DNA of 64,000 nt from Pecten maximus (lineage: Eukaryota), in contig NC_047020.1 in the NCBI RefSeq assembly GCF_902652985.1, positions 19,592,001 to 19,656,000 of the forward strand, read 5' to 3'. The position numbers and the translations under genes were made by a program. The notes under the pieces are model-generated. The model was given only the letters and a program-made list of their open reading frames with translations. It made no database searches and was not told where the DNA came from. This document shows positions 22,607-34,600 of the stretch, piece by piece; within the stretch, counting starts at the first letter, position 1; the number at the start of each line of letters is the position of its first letter.

Positions 22607-25600
22607 ATGGGAGTAAGTGTTGTCTTTGATATATTTGCTAAAAATCATCATGCATTGACATTTCATCCATATCCCAACTTTCTTGTCATTTACTGAAATA
22701 TATTTCTTTAAGTATCACTTATAATTTGGAGCGACCGATTCGTTGGTTTGCTGTTTTCAACGTTTGTTAAAATGTCTGTGGTCTATGTAATCAGAAAAGT
22801 ACGTAACCCCCTCCCCTGATAATAATTTCGTTAGATAGTGTTACTAATTTTCAACATTTTATGTTGCAGTCTTGCCAGAGTAACGAACTAGTGACAGACG
22901 TCTCGCAGGTATGTATACAAGGACATCGTGACAGTAGGAGTAGGGATTAATATTTTTCTCTCTATACTAACCAGAAGCAGACGCCTATGGTTATGGCTAG
23001 GATAACTTTTATTTTCATCGTGTGTTGTCATGTAGTCATGGCTAATAGGTTGAAAAACGTTTCCAGTTTCTCTGATGACATAGAGCTAATAATTGGCGGG
23101 AATGGTAAGGAATGAAAGCCAACAAAGTGGGTTTTTTCGGCTTCGTCAAAACTTTTACATGGCAGCTACGGCGGCCATTTTATGACGTGAATGCGCAATC
23201 AAGGTTTTCTTCTCAAGTTTATACTGTAAAATTCAGCTCAACTTTTCCTTGAAAGATCCTGAAATGGTCATGATCAAGCGATTCTATTTTTGGGGTTGGT
23301 CCGAAATCAAAGATGGCCGCCCTTGCTGCCGTTTTGAAAAAGCACATTTTCAACTTCTCCAGTTTCACTGGTACCATGGGGCTAGTAATTGGTGGGGATT
23401 TAAGGAAAGGAAGTCAACAAAGTGTTGTTATTTTTCGGTCATAACTTTGACACGGCAGCTACGGCGGCCATTTGTAACTTGATTACGTAATCATGGTTTT
23501 GCTGAACTACATCTATGTTACATTTCATCTCAACTTCAAGCATTGAACTTCAGCTCAAACTTGCCTTGGATCATGAGATGGTTTTGAGCAAGTGTTGTTA
23601 TATTTGGGAACGATCCGAAATCCAAGATCCCCACCATCCTTAAAAAGATATTTCAAAATTCATTTTCAGTTCATTCGTGTCATTGATCTAAATATTGGTG
23701 ATGATGTTAGGGAAAAGAAGCCCACGAAATGTTGTGATTTTTCTGGCTGGAACTTTCAAAATGACATTTTAAAAACTACTTTAATTGCGACTAGTTGGAT
23801 TTAGTTGAAACTTGCCAAGAATTATCTTAAATGATCGGTGGCCGTGATATATTATAGAACAAATATCTAAATTTCTATCCATTCTATTTCGATGAAACCT
23901 ACAAGGAATGACCCCAAAATATTCACGACCATGTGTTACATGTGATACAATATTGCACAATTATAATTGTGAGTATGATTCTTAGGATGCGGCTTGTCGA
24001 GGGTTTGGTAGTTTTATTATAGTACTTAAAGGGTCGAGATCGCCTTCTCTCGGGGCCGCAGTGGCCGAGTGGTTAAGGTGTCCCGACACTTTATCACTAG
24101 CCCTCCACCTCTGGGTTGTGAGTTCGAAACCTACGTGGGGCAGTTGCCAGGTACTGACCGTAGGCCGGTGGTTTTTCTCCGGGTACTCCGGCTTTCCTCC
24201 ACCTCCAAAACCTGGCACGTCCTTGAATGACCCTGGCTGTTAATAGGACGTTAAACAAAAACAAACCAACATCGCCTTCTCTCGCACTCAGGAAGTGAAT
24301 GATTACATTGTCCCCGATTCTACCTCTGTATGTAATTGACGTAACATGAATACATGATGTTGCTTACGTCAATTAAGTCTCCACGTGGCTTCATTCTTTT
24401 GTTGACGTCATGCAAAAGGTAATTCCACCGTCTCAACCCTAGGATGAGTATTTATTATATAGGCCTGTTCGGCGAAGAAGGACATCTCAATCCCTAGTGT
24501 GAGAATTTAGCTGGCCAACACTCGGATTGAAATATCCCTGTCCATGATACAGGCCCGTGTTTCATTGTTTTTCACACATGCCCAACTAATTGCAGTGTAT
24601 TACGAAATCTTTTCATCGTTTCATCATCAATGCCCTCTGAACAATGCGACGAAATTATGATATTATCAGTTTGCGACTTGGTTACGCTACACAAAATGAT
24701 GATGTTTTACTGGTCATCCAAACTCGTACACGCGGGTTGAGATATCCCTGTCCACGGAACAAACTCATGTTATACTCTATTAATCCAATCCTTAGGAAAA
24801 AACGGGATCACCCTGTAATTGAGAGTTTCCAGTTTGTCGGTCTAACTTATCTGCCTTTTTAGCTACAGTTAATGCAAAGTGATGTCATCATGAAAAAAAT
24901 ACGTCATACTAGTATACCATTGGCTTTCTGAAGCATAGCGGAAAATAGAGGTACTTTAATTCAGTGGAATTATAGAATTCGGAACAATAAATATAATGAT
25001 GATAACAAGTCATTACAAATGAATGTTTTGTTAAAGGTTGAGTATATCATCAGTGTGACAACTGGAGATAAGAAGGGAGCGGGTACTAATGCCAATGTAA
25101 CTGTTGTTCTACATAACGATGGAGGCCAGTCAACAGGACATCTTCATTTAGACAAGTTCCTCAGAGATGACTTCGAAAGAGGAAAAAAGGATCACTTCAA
25201 AGTTCAGGCCCCTTTCATGAGTGTAATTGATATGATAGAAGTATGGCGAGATGACGCTGGGCTTAGAGATGAGTGGTTTCTTGAAACTGTGGTAGTGCAC
25301 TGCAAGAACTCAAACAAAATCTTCGTTTTCCCGTTTTTACGCTGGATAAAGGAAGGCTATCATTACAAAATTCGCCATCTTGATACGTCACTTCCGCAGG
25401 ATGACCCTTACAAGGAACAGCGACTTATGGAACTTAACGATAAAAAGACAACTTATCAGACAAATATCCCTAATCCGGGGCTTCCAATACAGGTAAGATG
25501 CTTCTACTATTGTTATACCGCTCGAAAAGATTCAATCCATTCAAAAGTAATTTAAAAACAACGGGAAATACGGACATAACGAAACTGCTATTCTGACGCA

Positions 25601-28600
25601 AAGTCGATAAATCTTGGTGAAAATATGAGCAAAATATAGATTTGCCTGGAGACTCTCTTGAAAAAATACAAAGATGGTACGCTGTACATGAATTGTTGTG
25701 TAGACCATCGCTGTGAATTACTATTTATGTTTCTCTAAGTATCTGCAGGGAAATTACCAATATCAAGCTTGATTAAGCTTCACCGTCATACATGCTTTAT
25801 TTTCAATTGAGTCCTACAATGTATACGCCTGAGCACAGTGTCCTTTTATTATGAGTACCAAATGTCATTAGGTGGTTTATATAATGTTAATGTATTTTAT
25901 TGGCATTCATCCAACTGCGAAAATACCCTCGTGCAAGCTATTACATGATGTTGGTAGTCAAAGATTTTAAATAGAAAACTTTGCCATAATTCCACCCGTC
26001 CTGGTATGATGTACTTGAATTATTTACAGAGGACGTAAGGCAAAGTAACTTCAGAGTCATCTATGTAGGAAAATTATTTTGAATTTCAAAACCCAATGAA
26101 TAACTACAAATTTGAAACAAAAATATTCATGTCATATACTAAAATGTTTGCATGAATATGTAGTGTCTTAAAATCACTATTAATTTGCTGTAGATGATAA
26201 CAGTGTTTTCTATACAGTTACTTTGTGGCAAGATGTAGCATGGAATAATAACTCTAAAAAAATCAATCACACCTGAAAAATAGCCATGCTGTTATGCTCA
26301 AGAGTGTCTATGGCACACAATAAGAATATTTGTGTGACCGGATATGGCACTATGTACGTATCAACACTTATTTTGTTTTTTACCTTGAAATGCAAATAGC
26401 GGCTGTGAATATTATTACACAAATATGGCATAAAGCGAGGTATTTCAATCGATAACAATGCTCCTCATCATATTTTAGATACATCTGATCATGGTAAGAA
26501 GGATATTTGTAAGACTTATTTGCAGTTTTTACCCCAAGCTCAGCAGTTGAACATTTATTTCTTATTGTCATGTCTAGAGTTCTTGATATCGTCTCATAAG
26601 AGTGTTTTTGATATATGAAATACATCATTTACAATAAGGTCAAATACAGTCCAATTTGGTCAAGCCAATGCTCCTATTGTGTGCTTTTGAGCAAAACGAC
26701 ATGGCTATTTTGTGCAATATATGTGATACAAATGAGCTAATTGTGTTCCCCCTGAAACATGCATTTTTCGCATGTTTTGTTTAAGTTTGCAGGCAGTTTA
26801 ACAAATTACATGTCACCAGCAAGGTCCATGGTTGGCAATAACATACTTAAAATTGATCAAGTTACCTCTGTCAAATTGCATCATAGTGGGAATTTATAGG
26901 CTTGTGAATTTTCAGTTTTTATTGGATTTGCTGTTTAGATGCCCCTTGAAATACAAATTCCTCATGCATCTTTATCCGATTAAATTATATTAAGTACGTC
27001 ATTAAGATGTCTAAAAACGTTATGTTTACTGAATATGTTTACTGTGTACAAACATCGTCGTTTTCATTATTAATGCTGTGTCTATGTAGCCTATGGTAAC
27101 GGTTGTTGATGTAGATAGCTGTGCGTGGCTTGAGATAATTGTGTTTGTGAAATAGGCGAAGCATAACTGATATGACATTTGTTATATAGAAAATTAAATT
27201 CCAATCTCCGCTATTTTTCTGAAGCTACATTAAGTAGTAAATGTAGAAGACACGTGTAATTGTGTCAACAGATATGTAGTATTGAGGGATGCCTTTGTAT
27301 AGTCACGAGGTTTATCTATTTGTGGGAGCCATTGTATATAATGAGACGTAAATTTATGTTAACGAGAGATAAATTATCACGTAGTGCTAGGAGATGTAAT
27401 TGTGTGGATTGAGAGACATACATCTCAAAACGCTACAAGATATGAGCCCCAAAACCGGCTCCTATTCACATACCCAATATGTCGTATTATCATGACATCA
27501 GGCTCTGCACATGGTTAGATTTTGATGGTAATTTGACATTACTTAAAATACAAAAATACATAAAATATCTCATAAACCTGGTGAAAGATTGATTTTATAT
27601 GCGCACCATAACATCTAACTTTTAAAACATGACGGTTATCTTTAAAGTTTAAATGGTAAAAGAGGGTAAGAACGAAATATGCTTTACCTTAGACGTTGAG
27701 TGATTTATAAAATTGTGTAGTGAGCAATATACTTAAATGATGTTGAGTGAGATATATCATTATGTTCAGTGAGAACTGAGTATTTTGTGTTGTTTAAGAT
27801 ATATCATCATGTTCTGTGAGAACTGAATATTTTGTGTTGTGTGAGATATATCATCAGGTTCAGTGAGAACTGAGTTAGTATGTTGTGTTGTGTGAGATAT
27901 ATCATCATGTTCAGTGAGAACTGAGTTAGTATGTTGTGTTGTGTGAGATATATCATCATGTTCAGTGAGTACTGAGTTAGTATGTTGTGTTGTGTGAGAT
28001 ATATCATTATGTTCATTGAGAACTGAGTATTTTGTGTTTTGCGAGATATATCATCATGTTCAGTGAGCTCTGAGTTAGTATGTTGTGTTGTGTGAGATAT
28101 ATCATCATGTTTAGTGAGAACTGAGTTAGTATGTTGTGTTGTGAGATATATCATCAGTGAGCTCTGATTTTTTTGTGTTGTGCGAGATATATCATCATAT
28201 TCAGTGAGAACTGAGTATGTTGTGTTGTGTGAGATATATCATCATGTTCAGTGAGTACTGAGTTAGTATGTTGTGTTGTGTGAGATATATCATCATGTTC
28301 AGTGAGAATTGAGTTAGTATGTTGTGTTGTGTGAGATATATCATCATGTTCAGTGAGTACTGAGTTAGTATGTTGTGTTGTGTGAGATATATCATTATGT
28401 TCATTGAGAACTGAGTATTTTGTGTTTTGCGAGATATATCATCATGTTCAGTGAGCTCTGAGTTAGTATGTTGTGTTGTGTGAGATATATCATCATGTTT
28501 AGTGAGAACTGAGTTAGTATGTTGTGTTGTGAGATATATCATCAGTGAGCTCTGATTTTTTTGTGTTGTGCGAGATATATCATCATATTCAGTGAGAACT

Positions 28601-31600
28601 GAGTATGTTGTGTTGTGTGAGATATATCATCATGTTCAGTGAGTACTGAGTTAGTATGTTGTGTTGTGTGAGATATATCATCATGTTCAGTGAGTACTGA
28701 GTTAGTATGTTGTGTTGTGTGAGATATATCATTATGTTCATTGAGAACTGAGTATTTTGTGTTTTGCGAGATATATCATCATGTTCAGTGAGCTCTGAGT
28801 TAGTATGTTGTGTTGTGTGAGATATATCATCATGTTTAGTGAGAACTGAGTTAGTATGTTGTGTTGTGAGATATATCATCAGTGAGCTCTGATTTTTTTG
28901 TGTTGTGCGAGATATATCATCATATTCAGTGAGAACTGAGTATGTTGTGTTGTGTGAGATATATCATCATGTTCAGTGAGTACTGAGTTAGTATGTTGTG
29001 TTGTGTGAGATATATCATCATGTTCAGTGAGAATTGAGTTAGTATGTTGTGTTGTGTGAGATATATCATCATGTTCATTGAGAACTGAGTATTTTGTGTT
29101 GTGCGAGATATATCATCATGTTCAGTGAGAACTGAGTATTTTGTGTTGTGCGGGATATATCATCATGTTCAGTGAGAACTGAGTATGTTGTGTTGTGTGA
29201 GATATATCATCATGTTCAGTGAGAACTGAGTTAGTATGTTGTGTTGTGCGAGATATATCATTATGTTCAGTGAGAGCTGGTTAGTAAGGTGTGTTGTGTG
29301 AGATATATCATTATGTTCATTGAGAACTGAGTATGTTGTGTTGTGTGAGATATATCATCATGTTCAGTGAAAACTGAGTTAGTATTTTGTGTTGTGGGAT
29401 AAATATGATTATGTGTAGTTACTCTTCTTATATTAACTGTAATTGGACCATTATTTCAAGGTGAAAGAAATACCGGACGACGAACGGTTTTCATCGGACT
29501 ACCAGGTAAGGTGCTATTTAAAGGGATGTGCTTGCATTATGATAGCAATTCTGCACCATTTTCATAAAGATAACGCTCTGTATGACGGGATGTGTCCCCA
29601 GAGGTCGGGATATGAATTCTTGTATTGTTTTACAGTCCATCGATACATGACATCTCGAATAATAGATCACCTAATACAAAACCAGCATACATTGGCGATA
29701 TCATAACGAAACTTCTAACACAAAATCAATAAAGGACAACTATGAAGACAGAATATAGGTTTGCAAGAACAAGGAGATAAGACCAGGTGTTCCGGAATAG
29801 TAAGCGGCTTCTACTGCATTGATGACACCCGCCATACAAATATAATGATAAATATAATTCAGTCTACAAAAGCAGAGTACGCTAGTTTAATGCAAACGGT
29901 CAAATGGAATAAAACGCATGGTATTGTAAATAAATGTCAAGATACGAATGGCAGTGTAAATTTGTATGTATTCTTTATTCCATTTGCTCTGGTGGAAGTT
30001 CGGAAGGTAGTTCATGTATACATCTTCCCTAAACCAGAATACAATACATTGATGAGCGGTGTTGAACAGTAAATCTTATAAGCAAAGCCATTTTATAGAT
30101 AGATAGTCATTATGATAATAACATTGATGTACCTGTCACCAGTGTTATCTCAGTTGCCAGTCAAAGAACAATACATGTATGTCTGTTTTTGTAATGATTT
30201 TATATTCATAATCATTTAAGTATGTTTAAACATGATTTCATGTCAATTGCGTCGAAAACTTGATAATAAAGTTTAATAAAATACCACCCGATCGGGTTTA
30301 AAGTAAGCGTTATCTTAATTTCACGATATTTAAACGTGACTTTGATTTCAATTTCAGTTCGATTTAGTAAAACTTGCCGCAGAGATAACAATAAAAGGCA
30401 AACTAGTAAGGCTAGTGAGTGGTGAATGGGACAGCCTCGATGACCTTGGAAACATTTATAAGTCCGAAGTGTTTCTCTAAACCTACGGTGAGTATCGATT
30501 GTCTCTGTATTAGTACAACGATACGATATGTTCTTCCTTTTGATTAATCATTGTTATTCTTGAATTATCTTAGCAATATGTAGATGCATTGTTAAAGTCA
30601 AAAATAAATCAGATGTGATTATTCATTACTTTCGACACAATATACACTACTGTACTATCGTTTTATATATATAAAGGTTTATGTTTTTATCACAGCCCCT
30701 TGCCGATAATACGTGGGATACAGACGAACATTTTGGATTTCAGCGTATCGGACGTATCAACAACTCCCTGATTACACTCTGTACAGAGATCCCGAAAAAG
30801 TACAGTGGTCACGCTAAAATTTATTTGGATAATTAAAATTGAATGATAGACAATATTTTATTATTGCTATGTTAACATTCTCTCTGTTTTGTATAACAAT
30901 TCAAATTGCTAATTTCTCTGAAAATATCAAATGTATGCGTTATCAATTTAACAAAACAGTACCTGAAACATCTATACATGTTTCCAGAACACATGCACTA
31001 TTTATATAATATGTAAATTACTTACTTCTTCTCAAGGCTTGCTGTGACTGAGGAAATGTTAAAACCTTTCCTAGAGGGCTTAAAGCTACAAGATGCTTTA
31101 ATGGAAAAGAAGCTGTTTTATGTCGATCTTGTCATCGTGGAAGGAATACCCGTGAAAAGTGGATTAATGGTATATGTTCAAGATTTCATCAGACTTCAGA
31201 TTGTTTTATTAATGAATACATGTAGCTGCTTTTTGTTGTTAAAACTATAAACATTTATTTCATTATTGTAGCTCATTGCTTCATAGGTTTCTGAGAATTT
31301 CAGTTTGTTCGAGATCCTTTTGTCTTCATTATACACTAGGCATCACTTCAAAAGTCAAAATATTTAATCTCGGGTTTTGCTTTTGTAACAATTCAGGTTT
31401 GTGCCCCGGTCGCATTATTCTACCACAACAAAAAGAACAGACTGGTTCCCATAGCGATACAACTGAAGCAGCAACCGGCTGACGACAATCCGGTGAGTGT
31501 TACTGATAATTTGATATGATCTGCTACGCGAAAATATGTAGTAATGCAGATTTCATTTTACGAAAATGTACAGAACAGGTTTATTTAATTGATCTTTGTA

Positions 31601-34600
31601 TATTATCAACGGGGCCTTTATTGGTGACATCTGAGAAAAAATAGCACTACATTTCAGATGAATGTTAAGTAATGATATTATATTTTATTCATTTAATTGA
31701 GTTATGTTTAACCGTCTAAGATAAAGGCACATCTCCACACTACACCCCAATCTACACACCCACCCTATACCGTCTAGATAGTTAGTAGCCCGAGTTTCCT
31801 CTGGCCCTGACACCATGTCTGGTGTAGGGACCCCTACAGGTGTCGGGGCCAGAGGAAACTCGGGTTAGATAGCGAGGAACCCCCTTCCCCCGGTTCCTTC
31901 CATTTTATTGATATTACCACCACAAATTTGCACATATGTTTGCTTGGCGTATATATTACTATTAACCCACCAATTGTTTGATATTGTTCTGTTTGCAGTT
32001 CGTATTTTTTATGTTACATTTTTCCCTTTTATGTCGATAGGTGTTCCTTCCATCAGATCCTAAGTATACCTGGCTGGCCGCTAAAATGTGGTTTAACCTT
32101 GCTGATGCTTCCTATCACGAGTCAATTACACACTTGGGTAAATAACGAAAAGGATCATCTCCTTTAAAACACGCCCCTTTTAATTTAAAATGTATCACGA
32201 GTCAGTTACACACTTGGGTAAATGATAAAAGAAGGACTTCTTGCACACACGCAAAATTGATTTAGAAAGCGAACACGCAAATATATATGTATACAAACCA
32301 CAAATGATAAAAGATATTTGAATCATTTTTTTATTATGATTTCCGAAAAATGCATATGTAATCATAATAATAATAACAATAATTCATTATGTTATATTTT
32401 CAAATTATCATCATATTGCAAATACATTTTACATCATTTGCTCTTAAAAATAAAATACAATATTTGCCATGTGAAATATTTCTGTTTGCTATGTCTATGT
32501 ACGTGACATATATTCCGTAATAAAAGGACATTATTTACAAGAAGGCTGATCCGTAATTTTCTAACGGTGTCAACCATCTTCCATTATAATTGGATAGTAT
32601 TTAAAACAATACAAATACCTTTACTCTTTTCATTATCAATAATATGACCTGTGTTATTTGTTATAATAGGATTCACCCACCTGTTGATGGAAGGATGTGC
32701 TATCGCCACCCACAGAAACCTGTCGCATACCCATCCAATTTTCAAATTATTGGCGCCACACTTCCTGTATCTCATAGCCATCAATGGGTAACTAGTTATA
32801 TTCCTTTACAGTACATGATTAATCATTCTTTTTTGGTATACCATCTGTCACAAATGCACAGGATTTCATTGTTCAGCGGAAATAAGTTCTTATGAAAAAT
32901 TATACATTTACTTAGTATATGTTTCAACAAAACAGAAGTATATTTATAAGCGGACATGTCCACTTAGGTTGTTACAATAGTCCTTTCGTGAGAAGATCAT
33001 TTTCTTTAAGCATGAAGGGAGACTATTCCTATGCATTATGAGCATATCTTGAGAAAACCAGCAAACCTGTTAAAGGTATTGGAATACTAATATAAATGTT
33101 CTGTCTGAGTACTCATTCATTCAATAATCCAAATGCTGAGGTTTATATTGTCCGCAACAGATTAGCACTCACAACACTGATAAGTTCGGACGGCTGGGTT
33201 CAAAATGTGATGGCGATCGGGATTGATGGCATGTTTGAACTAATCAGAAGGAAGTAAGTGCTTAATTTATCAAACATTTACATGAATTCCCTACGAAGTT
33301 ATTCCCATTTCGGACTGAATAATCTTCTCCTCGCTATCCCGCATAGGCATAATATGTAAAATTCCTACTGATTATTTTATATATAGCAAATATACTTCAA
33401 GAAATCTTCCATGATAAAGATCTGCAAGTATTAATGTTAAAGAGATGTTCTACTTTGTGTTGGAAAAACAATTGATTACGATGTGATGACGCTTTTTTGT
33501 ATTTTTAGACTGAATACGTGGCGGATGGATGTAGACGGGACACTGCCAAAGGAACTGGAGAGCAGAGGGGTACAATCACATTTAACTAACATATAATTTC
33601 TTGCTGGATATTTTTGCTATAAGAAACACGAAAAATCAAGTTTTCATAATAATATGTATATACATTTAGATGTTTGTATGAAGCAATGTTTTCTATAGAT
33701 ATAGTAAATCTATTAACTTGGTCTTGAAAACTGAAATGAAAAGTAGATAGATTTACTCGAACAAGATAATGAAAATAATACTTTCATTTGTAAATTGGTA
33801 CATTCCTGCCTCCTTTTATCTTTATAGCTGAGTCTATCTAGAACTGACATTACTTATATAATCTACTGTTCACCTTAATCCTTAATCCCTTAGGTGCTGG
33901 ACCAGACAATACTAAGCGGATATCACTACAGGGATGACGCTTTATCACTGTATAACATCGTCAACAACTACGTCACTGAATACGTGGGACTTTACTACGG
34001 TAAAACAAATAAAAGTTGTTTCCTGTTTAGGCAAAACGTAATCTAAATGAAGTATCAACATTTTGATTGAGATTTTTTATTATTTTTTTTTTTTATTTAA
34101 AGTGATAAAGTATTGTTGTAAGTAAAACATTTAAGGCCCGTAATAAACATGTTTTGTGTATACAGACAGCGCCGAATCATACACCAACGACCTCGAGATC
34201 CAGGCTTGGGCTCAAGAGTTTGTCAAACCAAGGACTGAGGGTGGGTGCGGCCTTTTGGTACGTACATGTACATGTAGTTAGCATGTAACTTCTGTGTTGC
34301 CCTACACATAACGTATGCACTGTCTCGCGAACATCGATGTGTAATTTTGTAATAATTCCTTATGTTTGGGTATCTCGATGTGTCTTTTATCTCATTTCAA
34401 AATACTTGATTCGTCAATTTCACTTAATACGTATTGCACGAACTTTTTAATAAAAATTCAAGATTTACAAACAAAGACACGTTTCTTTATTCTGTTGCAA
34501 TTGATAACTACATTATATGTATTTATATAATAATTTCACAGACGAAATTGTCCATTAGATAAAATCGACAATCTTGTAGTGTACTTCAATATCACACAAG

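Noticed and set aside
27807-28879. Repetitive ORFs ([12 protein letters not shown]..)
   Set aside because: By-products of the minisatellite.
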